This document shows, piece after piece, positions 28,117-36,694 of a DNA stretch of 64,000 bases. This stretch comes from Fibrobacterota bacterium (lineage in GTDB: Bacteria > Fibrobacterota > Fibrobacteria > UBA11236): assembly GCA_023249635.1 (NCBI GenBank), contig JAHFCH010000011.1:671-64670 (forward strand), read 5' to 3'. The notes under the pieces are model-generated. The model was given only the letters and a program-made list of their open reading frames with translations, was not told the DNA's origin and did not search any database. Both the position numbers and the translations under genes were made by a program. How positions within the stretch are numbered: position 1 is the first letter of the stretch; every line of letters starts with the position of its first letter.

Positions 28117-28821
28117 ATGCGCATCAATCGTTATCTCGCCTTATGCGGCTTCGGCAGCCGCCGCGCCGTCGAAGATCTCATCCGCGGGGGCGCCGTCTCC
28201 GTGGCCGGGGAAATCACCTACGAGCTCGGCCGGCAGATCGCCGAGGGCGAGAAAGTGACCGTGCTCGGCAAGCCCGCCCGGCCGCCTTCGGAGCATGAAT
28301 ACGTCATGCTCAATAAACCCAAAGGCTACCTGTGCTCGGCCAGCGATCCCTATGATCGGCCCACCATCTACCGTCTCTTGCCGGTTACCTGTAAGAAGCT
28401 CCATTATGTCGGCCGCCTGGACTTCAACAGCCGTGGACTGATACTGCTCACCAATGATGGAGGTTTGACCCATTCCTTACTCCATCCCAGCCGCGAGGTT
28501 CCCCGCACCTATAAGGTGTATACCCGTAAACGATTGGCTGAAAAAGACGCCAAGACCCTGCTGCACGGAGTCGATATCGGTTTCGACGAGAAGGCCCGGG
28601 CGGTCTCTATCCGCCATGTTGAAGATCATTTCGAGATCGTGCTTCAAGAAGGCAAGAACCGCGAAATCAGGCGAATGATGGCAGCCATCGGCTACCGGGT
28701 GGTAGACTTGCAGAGGATACGATTCGGCGCCTTGGAGCTGGGCGATTTGCCCGAAGGCGGACACCGGCGTTTGGCCGCATCCGAAGTAGCCCGCTTGCAT
28801 GGGAAGAATAACGAAGATTGA
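28117..28821 (+). CDS. Pseudouridine synthase, RsuA/RluB family
   Basis: S4 domain start (MRINRYLALCGFGSRR), catalytic GRLD motif (HYVGRLDFNSRGLILLTNDG), KNREIRRM C-terminal motif. Confidence 0.7.
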   Translation: MRINRYLALCGFGSRRAVEDLIRGGAVSVAGEITYELGRQIAEGEKVTVLGKPARPPSEHEYVMLNKPKGYLCSASDPYDRPTIYRLLPVTCKKLHYVGRLDFNSRGLILLTNDGGLTHSLLHPSREVPRTYKVYTRKRLAEKDAKTLLHGVDIGFDEKARAVSIRHVEDHFEIVLQEGKNREIRRMMAAIGYRVVDLQRIRFGALELGDLPEGGHRRLAASEVARLHGKNNED

Positions 28822-30271
28822 ATTCGCGCTGCTGATGGCCCTACCGGCCTTCGCGTCGGATACTTCCGTTCCCGTTCCCCGTCTGCAGCACGCCCCGGTC
28901 CTGCTCGCCATCCCCGACGCCAACATCCTGATGCACGGTCAATACCGCTTGAACGGCCGCTTCCAGTACTTCACCAGCTCGGAACCCGGCGCGGCGGATA
29001 CCGCCTTTGGCGACACCGCCAATCCCAGCGCCTCGACCAAGGCGCAGAACCTCAACTACACCTCCGAGATTCTGTTCGGGATCGAGAATCGCGCCGAAGT
29101 CGGCATCCAATACGGCCGCGCGGTTTCCTTTTCCATCAAGGCCCTGGTCTGGCGCGAAGATCTCTTCTGGCCGGATGTCGTGTTCGGCGCGCGCAACCTG
29201 TTCGGCAGCCAGGAAGGCGGTCTCTACGGCGTGACCGATTCCAAGACGCTTAAGAACCTGCAATCGGAAAGCTATATGACCCTGGCCAAGACCTTCGCCG
29301 GACGCGCCCGACTCCACGCCGGATTCTCCGTCCTAAGCCACGCCACCAAAGGCTACGCCAGCATCAACGGCGGCCTGGAGCAGGACCTGGGCGCAGGAGC
29401 TTTCCTGGGCTACGAGGTATTCGAACGCTTCTCGGATTTCCATCAGGTGCTCAGTCTGCAATGGCGCTACCGGAACATGGTCGGCCTCTCGGTGGCCATG
29501 ACCGAGTTCCAATCCTGGATCCGGCAAGATGGGCAATGGGGATTCTTCCTCACCCCGTCCAAGAACAATCCCAACGGGTATAATTCGCCCGGTATCTCCA
29601 TCTCCTTGCAAGTATTGGGCTGGGTTCCGCATCGCGACAAGCGCACCTTGCCGGAGCGCGTATCCATCCTGGAAGTGAAGAATGCCGAGCTGGAAAAACA
29701 GGTGGAAGAATTGGAACAGGTGAAGCAACGCCTCGCCGATTTGGAAGCCCGCGGCTTCGCCCCGGCCCAGGAGCAATCCGATTCCAACGCCGCGCCTGGC
29801 GATTCGACGGCACCGGCTGCCTCCGCCCAGCCCCAGGGACCGGCCCAGCAGGCCGTTGCCTGGCTCAAGGCCATCAACGAAAAATCCAATTCGGACCTGG
29901 GCGATCCCCGCGAGATCCGGGAAATGATGGGTAAGCTGCTGGCGCTGGGACCCGAAGCCGCCGAAGCGGTCAAGCTTTCCGCCGCCGACACCACCGCCGG
30001 TCCCGCCCGGGTCACGGCCGTGCTCGTCATGGCGTATAGCAAAGATGCCGGCTACGAGACTTCGCTCCGTGCCCTTTGCAACGATACCGATCCCCGCATC
30101 CGGCGCGAAGCCCTTACGGCACTCGTGAAACTGGGCAGCCACGCGGCCCTGGAAGATGCCAAGCGCCTGCTTTCCGATCCTGACGAGACCGTGGCCCTGG
30201 CCGCCGGCGAAGCGTACCGTCAGCTCAAGGCCGCGCCCAAGGCGGCCCCCGTCCGCAAGTCACGTAGATAA
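28799..30271 (+). CDS. Exported protein: beta-rich N-terminal domain, coiled coil, C-terminal HEAT/PBS-lyase-like repeats
   Basis: Signal peptide (..LMALPAFASD); alternating hydrophobic beta-strand pattern for about 270 aa; coiled coil (VKNAELEKQVEELEQVKQRLADLEARG); HEAT-like repeats (DPRIRREALTALVKLG..DPDETVALAAGEAY). Confidence 0.5.
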   Translation: MGRITKIEFALLMALPAFASDTSVPVPRLQHAPVLLAIPDANILMHGQYRLNGRFQYFTSSEPGAADTAFGDTANPSASTKAQNLNYTSEILFGIENRAEVGIQYGRAVSFSIKALVWREDLFWPDVVFGARNLFGSQEGGLYGVTDSKTLKNLQSESYMTLAKTFAGRARLHAGFSVLSHATKGYASINGGLEQDLGAGAFLGYEVFERFSDFHQVLSLQWRYRNMVGLSVAMTEFQSWIRQDGQWGFFLTPSKNNPNGYNSPGISISLQVLGWVPHRDKRTLPERVSILEVKNAELEKQVEELEQVKQRLADLEARGFAPAQEQSDSNAAPGDSTAPAASAQPQGPAQQAVAWLKAINEKSNSDLGDPREIREMMGKLLALGPEAAEAVKLSAADTTAGPARVTAVLVMAYSKDAGYETSLRALCNDTDPRIRREALTALVKLGSHAALEDAKRLLSDPDETVALAAGEAYRQLKAAPKAAPVRKSRR

Positions 30272-30363
30272 CCGGAATCCCGTCGTAACACGGCTGTTAC
30301 TCGGTTCCCGATTGGCGATGTAATCGTTGGCGCTTGTGGTTGATTGGTTATATTTCCCGTGCG

Positions 30364-31410
30364 ATGAAGACCGCAGAATTCGATTTCACCTTTCCCGAAG
30401 CCCAGATCGCATATTCGCCCTTGCCTCGCGGGGAGGCGCGCATGTGGGTGGCCGATCGCGCTTCCGGTAATGACACCCTTCCGGCGCATACCCGGGACCT
30501 GGCCGATTTCCTGGCCCCGGGGGATGTCCTGGTCCTCAATGATACCAAGGTGCTAAGGGCCAGGCTCTTGGCCGAAACCCCTGCGGGCGGACGCATGGAG
30601 GCCTTGCTGCTAAAGCCCGCGGCCGCGACCGCGGCGGGTGTACGCTGGGAAGCCATGGCCAAGCCCGGGAAGCGATTCCGCATGGGCGATCGGATCGCTT
30701 TTTCCCCGCGCATGACGGCGGCGGTAACGGAGGTGAGGCCCGACGGAACCCGCGTGTTGGAGTTCCCCCTGGCCGCGGAAGAGTTCCACCGGGAGCTCGA
30801 AGCGGTGGGGAAAATCCCCCTTCCCCCGTACATCAAGCGCGAGGCCGGAGCCGCGGACGCCCAAGCCTATCAGAGCGTATTCGCGTCGCATCCCGGTTCG
30901 GTGGCCGCGCCCACGGCCAGCCTCCACCTTAGCGAGGAGATGTTGGCGGCCATCACGGCCAAAGGGGTAGGTATCGTGAAAGTTACCCTGCACGTGGGGG
31001 CCGGCACCTTCAAGCCGGTGCAGAGCGAGGAGCTATCCGGCCATGTCATGCATTCCGAGTCTTACGTATTCGGTCGCGAGGCCGCGGAGGCGCTCAATGC
31101 CGCGCGGGCCCGGGGGGGCCGCATCTGGGCGGTAGGCACCACGGCGGCCCGGGTGCTGGAAACCTGCGCCAAGGGTACCGGGGGCAAGCCCTTCCTGGCA
31201 GGGGAGGGGGAGACCGACATCTTCATCCATCCCGGTTATTCCTGGAAAGGCGTGGACGGCCTGCTGACCAATTTCCATTGGCCCAAGTCCACCTTGTTCA
31301 TGCTGGTATGCAGCCTGTTGGGCGTGGAACGCGCCAAATCGGTCTACGCCAGCGCCATCGCCGACGGCTGCCGGCTATTCAGCTATGGCGACGCCATGCT
31401 CATCCGGTGA
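30364..31410 (+). CDS. queA: S-adenosylmethionine:tRNA ribosyltransferase-isomerase
   Basis: MKTAEFDFTFPEAQIA.. N-terminus and length typical of QueA; conserved internal motifs (VGTTAARVLE). Confidence 0.8.
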   Translation: MKTAEFDFTFPEAQIAYSPLPRGEARMWVADRASGNDTLPAHTRDLADFLAPGDVLVLNDTKVLRARLLAETPAGGRMEALLLKPAAATAAGVRWEAMAKPGKRFRMGDRIAFSPRMTAAVTEVRPDGTRVLEFPLAAEEFHRELEAVGKIPLPPYIKREAGAADAQAYQSVFASHPGSVAAPTASLHLSEEMLAAITAKGVGIVKVTLHVGAGTFKPVQSEELSGHVMHSESYVFGREAAEALNAARARGGRIWAVGTTAARVLETCAKGTGGKPFLAGEGETDIFIHPGYSWKGVDGLLTNFHWPKSTLFMLVCSLLGVERAKSVYASAIADGCRLFSYGDAMLIR

Positions 31411-31550
31411 TGGAATGAAGATGCGTTCCCAGATTCGCATGGGGCGGGAATTCATCCCGCCGCAGGCAGCGGATACCCTTTGGTTACGCGTCATACTCGC
31501 GGCCAAGTTCACGATACGATTCGATTCCCCCATTCCGTAAGGAGAACCTG

Positions 31551-32243
31551 ATGCGCCCGATTCCCCGCAAATCCCTGTTTCTCATCCCGTTCCTGTTCGC
31601 CGCCTGCGCCCAGCCGCGAATGGTGCCCCCGGAGGAAGTCGCGGGCGGTACCGTCCTTGACGCCAAGAACCGGAGCAGCGCCTCGGGATTGTTCGTGAAC
31701 GAGGCCTTTGACCTGGGTAGCTATAAGGTGGCCAATGTCAAACGCAAAGCCGAAAGCGGCTCCGGATTCACCATCAGCAATTACAGCCAGAACAAGACGA
31801 CCACGGGATACTCCTGGCAATTGGAAGGCGGAGCGACTCCGTGGAAGGGCGTATGCGCCATGACCCGCAGCGACAAGGGCGTTGGGCTCGGCAACGGCAT
31901 GTCCTTCAGCAAGCAGAAGACCAATCTCACCTGCGAATGCACCGGCGGTCCCCAGGCAGGGCGCCTGGAAATGAAAGCCGCGGATGGCGGAAGTTACACG
32001 GGTACCTTCACGCCGGCCGGCAAAAGCTATGACCTGACCCCGGTGACGACGACGGACAAGAAGACGTTCGGAATGGGAGCGGTGGGCTATCGTTTCGACG
32101 CGACCGACGGCGCCCGCGGCGCGGTGGAAACCCTCAAGCCTGGCCGCATCTGGTTCACGGAAAAGCTGACCGCCGAAGAACGCGAACCCGCGGCCTGCGT
32201 ATTGACCGGACTGATGCTCTACGTAGAGCCCTCCGATAATTAA
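31551..32243 (+). CDS. Hypothetical lipoprotein
   Basis: AAGGAGA RBS 6 nt upstream; lipobox LFAAC; Cys-containing beta-rich body. Confidence 0.5.
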   Translation: MRPIPRKSLFLIPFLFAACAQPRMVPPEEVAGGTVLDAKNRSSASGLFVNEAFDLGSYKVANVKRKAESGSGFTISNYSQNKTTTGYSWQLEGGATPWKGVCAMTRSDKGVGLGNGMSFSKQKTNLTCECTGGPQAGRLEMKAADGGSYTGTFTPAGKSYDLTPVTTTDKKTFGMGAVGYRFDATDGARGAVETLKPGRIWFTEKLTAEEREPAACVLTGLMLYVEPSDN

Positions 32244-32276
32244 GGATAATTAAGGCGTATATTCTGATGCCATCAT

Positions 32277-32331
32277 GGAGTTTCGCCCCGCGAAACTCCT
32301 AAAGGCAAACTAGGCGAAGCCTAGTTTGCCT
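32277..32331. terminator. Two consecutive perfect hairpins between convergent genes (GGAGTTTCG-cccg-CGAAACTCC; AGGCAAACTAGG-cgaag-CCTAGTTTGCCT)
   Basis: Seen directly; the second stem includes the hemE stop and last codons; no U-tract, so likely a bidirectional terminator or RNA-stability structure. Confidence 0.45.
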
Positions 32332-33385
32332 CGTGAACCGCATCAACGAAAGCCCGCGCATGGGCGGGATCGATATCCGGCAGAATCCCGTGCCCTAGAT
32401 TGAACACGTGCGGCCGCGCCCCTACCAGCGACTTCAAGGCCCGGGTCTTCTCCGCGATCTGCGCTGGGGATCCGTACAAGGCGCAGGGATCGAGATTGCC
32501 CTGGAATACCTGCTTGGGATAGGCCTTGAGGGCGGCGGCCATATCGGCGCGCCAGTCCAGGCCCAGCACGTCGGCACCCAGGGTCGCGAAATGCGGGAGC
32601 AAATGCGGCGCCCCATTGGCATAATGCACCACCGGCAGGTTCGGGAACTCCGCTTTTACGGCCTGGATGACGGCCCGGGTATGGGGGAGCACGTGGAGGC
32701 GATATTCTTCCGGGCCCAGATAACCGGCCCACGAATCCATGATGGTGATGACATCGGCGCCTTGGCGCGCCTGTTCCCGCAGGTAGGCCGAAGTCACGGA
32801 CGCGAGCTTGCGCATGAGGACGGCGAACACTTCGGGGCGCGAGAAAAGCAGTGCCTTCAGTTTGGACAATTCCTTCGATGAGCCGCCTTCCACCATGTAG
32901 GAAGCCACCGTGAACGGTCCGCCCGCGAATCCGATCAAGGGGACCCGATCGCCCAAGGCGCGTTTGGTCAGACGGATGCCTTCGAAGACATAGGCCAATT
33001 CGGAATTGAGATCGCCTTCCGGCAAAGCGGCGATGACGGCATCGTCACGGAGGGGGTTGGCTATGACGGGTCCGCGCTTTTCCTGGAACTCCACCTGCAA
33101 GCCCATGGGCGGCAGGAGTACCAGGATATCCGAGAACAGGATGGCCGCGTCCACGCCGATCTGATCGACCGGTTGGATGGTCACCTCGGCAACATGCTCC
33201 GGCGAACGGCAGAAATCCAGGAAATTGGGGAAGAGGGCGCGCACGCGACGGTAATCCGCGAGGTACCTGCCCGCCTGCCGCATGATCCATACCGGCGGCC
33301 GCGCGGGGACGCGGCCCTGGGCGGCGTCGAGCAGGGAACGGTTGCGGAAAACGGGGGCGGGGATTGGGTCGGCCATGCTTGGCAA
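32321..33385 (-). CDS. hemE: Uroporphyrinogen decarboxylase
   Basis: PPVWIMRQAGRYL motif near the N-terminus; full-length URO-D-like sequence. Confidence 0.85.
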   Translation of the reverse strand: MPSMADPIPAPVFRNRSLLDAAQGRVPARPPVWIMRQAGRYLADYRRVRALFPNFLDFCRSPEHVAEVTIQPVDQIGVDAAILFSDILVLLPPMGLQVEFQEKRGPVIANPLRDDAVIAALPEGDLNSELAYVFEGIRLTKRALGDRVPLIGFAGGPFTVASYMVEGGSSKELSKLKALLFSRPEVFAVLMRKLASVTSAYLREQARQGADVITIMDSWAGYLGPEEYRLHVLPHTRAVIQAVKAEFPNLPVVHYANGAPHLLPHFATLGADVLGLDWRADMAAALKAYPKQVFQGNLDPCALYGSPAQIAEKTRALKSLVGARPHVFNLGHGILPDIDPAHARAFVDAVHEAN

Positions 33386-33432
33386 TGTAGCTCAATTCCC
33401 GCCCGGATGCCTATGACCGAAGGGTTGCGGCC

Positions 33433-34308
33433 CTACGCCCGCGCGGCCGCGAAGCCCCACCATCCGTCCATTTCCGTTTCCGCCACGATGCGGAAATGGG
33501 CGCGCTCGCGCCAGGCCAGGAAAAAGGGTTTGTCCTCGAGCCTTTGCCCGGAGACGAGGAAGACTCCTTCCCCCCCGGGAGAGCGGGGACCCATCGGCGC
33601 CAGGCGGCCGGGAAGTTCCTCGCGGAACGGCCAGAGTTCCGTACGGATCATATTGCAGATGACGATGCCGAAAGCGGCCCGGGGTGAGAGGGCGTCGGTG
33701 CCGCCGATCAAGGTACGGAAGCGGCAGTCGGGCGGCGGGGGATTGAGGAGCAGGTTTTCGTTGAGGCACGGTCCCACCACGGGATCGATGTCGAGAGCCA
33801 CCACCTCGGCGGCGCCCAACTGGGCCGCGTAGATGGCGAGGATACCCGTTCCCGTTCCGATGTCGAGAACGGAGGCTCCGCGTACGGAGACCTGCTCGAG
33901 GAGGGTCGCGGCGATGCGGGTGGATTCATGCGAACCGGTGCCGAAGGCCATCTTGGCCTCCAGCCGGATGATATGCTTGGCGCCGGCCGGAGCCTGGACC
34001 CAGGGGGGCATCACCATCAGGGAAGGGGTCACCTCCACGGGCGTTTGACGATCGCGCCAGCTGCGATCCCAATCTTCGATGCGCTCTTCGCCCCAGGCAA
34101 GGGCTACGCGTTCCCGGAACCGCTCCCGAGCCATTCCCAAATCCTCAGCGGTGGAGAAGAATCCCTTCAGCAAAACGCCTTCGGCCGAGGGCGCGGTCTC
34201 TTCGACTTCTTCCACTCCGCCGGCGCCGCATTCGAACAGTCCATCCTGGTCCAATTCGGCCTCGGCCGTAGGGGATCGGAAACAAAGCCACCAATATGAA
34301 TCCACCAA
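33433..34308 (-). CDS. prmA: Ribosomal protein L11 methyltransferase
   Basis: PrmA N-terminal W-x-E-acidic region, SAM motif VLDIGTGTGILAI, downstream ALDIDP motif. Confidence 0.8.
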   Translation of the reverse strand: MVDSYWWLCFRSPTAEAELDQDGLFECGAGGVEEVEETAPSAEGVLLKGFFSTAEDLGMARERFRERVALAWGEERIEDWDRSWRDRQTPVEVTPSLMVMPPWVQAPAGAKHIIRLEAKMAFGTGSHESTRIAATLLEQVSVRGASVLDIGTGTGILAIYAAQLGAAEVVALDIDPVVGPCLNENLLLNPPPPDCRFRTLIGGTDALSPRAAFGIVICNMIRTELWPFREELPGRLAPMGPRSPGGEGVFLVSGQRLEDKPFFLAWRERAHFRIVAETEMDGWWGFAAARA

Positions 34309-34429
34309 CCCTCACAAACCCCGGAAAACGGCCCGGACGGGCAAATATAGGCACATTTCCTTTCATCTTCCGGCCGGTTTTATATATTCCAGAGTCCACT
34401 TCCGGCGGCCATCCGCACCAAGGAGTCCA

Positions 34430-35440
34430 GTGAGCGAATCCCTTACCGCGGTCCTATCCTATGAGCAAGTGCTCAAGGATGCCCGGGAGTGCGTCGCATC
34501 CGCCCTTGATGAGGTGCATAAGCTGATGCTCGAGGTGGCGGACAGCGCTCCGGGCAAGCTCTCCGGACAACTGAATTCCCTGCTGGTGCGCAAAGGCAAG
34601 CGTATCCGCTCCACTTTCCTGTTCCTGATGGCGGCCAGCGGACGCAACGGCATTTCCGAACGCGCCATTCGCGTCGCGGCAGCCATCGAACTCATCCATC
34701 TGGCCTCCCTGGTCCACGACGACATCATCGATGACAGCGATCTGCGCCGCAACGAGAAGACGGCGCATAAGCGCTGGGGCAACCGCATGGCGGTGTTGCT
34801 GGGCGATTATACCCTGGCCAAGTCCATGGAAATGGTATGGAGCGATCGTGATCATCGGATTCCCCTGAGCCTGTCCAAGGCTTCCAGCCGCCTGATCATG
34901 GCCGAAGTGATGGAAGTGGAAGGGGCCGGCAACGCCGACCTTTCCCCTGAGCAATACTTCGCCGTCATCGAGGGCAAGACCGCGGCCCTCTTGATGGCCT
35001 GCGGGGAATGCGGATCCATCCTCGCCGGTTTCGATGACACAATGGTGCGCGCGGGATTGGAGCTGGGCCGCAATTTCGGAATGGCCTTCCAGATCATCGA
35101 CGATTTGCTCGACTTCGGCTATGGGGCCGAAAACCTGGACAAACGCACCTTTTCCGATCTCAAGAACGGCTACTTCACCCTGCCGCTCATCCTGTACTTC
35201 GAAGGCTGCGACGCCGCCGAGCGCGAACGGATGCTGACCCTGCTCGCCACGGCGGGTTCGGAAAGCACCCAGACCGAAATCAAGCGCCTGCTAGATTCGC
35301 GCATGGCCTTCCAGAAGGCGCGCGATATCGCCATCGAAAAAATCAACGCCTGTATGCCGTTCCTGGAAAGCCTGCCGGAATCGGCGGCTTCGGGACATCT
35401 GAAGAAGGTGTGTCGTTTGATGACGGAGAGGTCCGCATAG
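34430..35440 (+). CDS. Polyprenyl diphosphate synthase (IspB-like long-chain trans-prenyltransferase)
   Basis: AAGGAG RBS then GTG 34430; first DDxxD (LVHDDIIDDSDLRRN), second Asp-rich motif (IIDDLLDF); about 336 aa. Confidence 0.75.
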   Translation: MSESLTAVLSYEQVLKDARECVASALDEVHKLMLEVADSAPGKLSGQLNSLLVRKGKRIRSTFLFLMAASGRNGISERAIRVAAAIELIHLASLVHDDIIDDSDLRRNEKTAHKRWGNRMAVLLGDYTLAKSMEMVWSDRDHRIPLSLSKASSRLIMAEVMEVEGAGNADLSPEQYFAVIEGKTAALLMACGECGSILAGFDDTMVRAGLELGRNFGMAFQIIDDLLDFGYGAENLDKRTFSDLKNGYFTLPLILYFEGCDAAERERMLTLLATAGSESTQTEIKRLLDSRMAFQKARDIAIEKINACMPFLESLPESAASGHLKKVCRLMTERSA

Positions 35441-35469
35441 GCGGAACCTCCGGGGATTTGTCCGGGGAA

Positions 35470-35545
35470 AGGTTTAAGGTTTAAGGTGGGTGGGTCCCGT
35501 AGGCCCGGTCCAATTCAACCCCCTTAAACCTTAGACCTTAACCTA
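35470..35545. repeat. Palindromic element, GGTTTAA-heptad family, copy 1
   Basis: AGGTTTAAGGTTTAAGGTGGG ..30 nt.. CCCTTAAACCTTAGACCTTAACC; long imperfect hairpin between convergent polyprenyl synthase (+) and mltG (-); a near-identical family member sits at 54594-54681. Confidence 0.7.
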
Positions 35546-36637
35546 TCTCATCTTCTTCTTCCCCGGATTATCCACTCCCCGCTTCGCCCGATTCGCCGCG
35601 GCCACGTCCTTGAAGCGGACATGGTCCGAATTGTCGACGGAGAAGAAATGCTCCCGGGAGCCGTCATCCTTCGCCACGAAGTACATCTTGTCGGTTTGCG
35701 GAGGGCGCAGGGCCGCGCGCAAGGCGCCGCGTCCGGGATTGGCGATGGGGCCGGGCGGCAGGCCCGTGAACTTGCGGGTATTATACGGCGAGTCGCAGTT
35801 GAGATCCGAGACCAGCAGCGGTCCCGTAGGCTTATGCACGGCGTATCGGACCGTGGGGTCGGCGCCCAGGCTCCAGCCTTGGTTCAGGCGGTTGTAGAAG
35901 ACCCCGGCGATGGGTTCCTGCTCCGCGGGCACGGCGGCTTCCTTCTCGACGATTGAGGCCAGGGTGACCCAGCCGCGCTGCCCGTACTTCCGATACACGG
36001 GGGACGCGAGGTCGAACTCCCTTTCCACCGCCAGGAAACGGCGCGTCATCACTTTGAGGATGTCGCGTTCCGTAACCTTCCAGGGTAACACGTAGGTTTC
36101 CGGGAACAGATAGCCTTCCAGATCCGGGGCGTCCAATCCGCATGCCTTGGCGAAGGCCGGGTCGTGGACCAGGAATTCGAACTTGAGGCTGTCGAGGGGG
36201 AACTTGGCCTTGAGGATGGAGAAGATCTCGTAGGAGGCCTTCCCCTCGGGAATGGTGATCATCTGCGTCGCCATCTTGCCGCTCGTGAGCTTCCAGGACA
36301 TATCCATGGCCGAGTTGGACGGACGGACGTAGAAATAACCCGCCCGGATCTTCTTGTCCTGGCGGGTGAAGCGCAGGAAGAGGCGGAACACGGTGGCGTT
36401 GGGGATGAGGCCTTTGGCCTGGAGGTCTTGGGAGAGGGTGGCCAGGGATGCTTTGGCGGGCACTTCGTAGAGCACGTTGCCGCTAACGGGATCGGCTTCC
36501 AAGCCGGTGACCGATGCGGGCTTGGGGATGGATTTGGCGGTGAGCACCCAAATCACGGCGCCGGCAGAAACGGCGATGACCAGGAGCGCCGCCAAGCTTC
36601 CCGAAAACGAGAATCCCTTTTTCCGTTTCTTAGCCAT
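35543..36637 (-). CDS. mltG: Endolytic murein transglycosylase (YceG family)
   Basis: N-terminal TM anchor then YceG-like domain (..GYLFPETY.., ..LTLASIVEKEA..) full length. Confidence 0.8.
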   Translation of the reverse strand: MAKKRKKGFSFSGSLAALLVIAVSAGAVIWVLTAKSIPKPASVTGLEADPVSGNVLYEVPAKASLATLSQDLQAKGLIPNATVFRLFLRFTRQDKKIRAGYFYVRPSNSAMDMSWKLTSGKMATQMITIPEGKASYEIFSILKAKFPLDSLKFEFLVHDPAFAKACGLDAPDLEGYLFPETYVLPWKVTERDILKVMTRRFLAVEREFDLASPVYRKYGQRGWVTLASIVEKEAAVPAEQEPIAGVFYNRLNQGWSLGADPTVRYAVHKPTGPLLVSDLNCDSPYNTRKFTGLPPGPIANPGRGALRAALRPPQTDKMYFVAKDDGSREHFFSVDNSDHVRFKDVAAANRAKRGVDNPGKKKMR

Positions 36638-36694
36638 GGAAATTTCCGCTGAGACAATTTAGCCCGATTCCCGGGATCGGGCACGGGAATCCCA

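Noticed and set aside
32236-32255. GGATAATTAA x2 direct repeat at the lipoprotein stop
   Set aside because: Only two 10-bp units overlapping the stop codon; no evidence of function beyond chance duplication.
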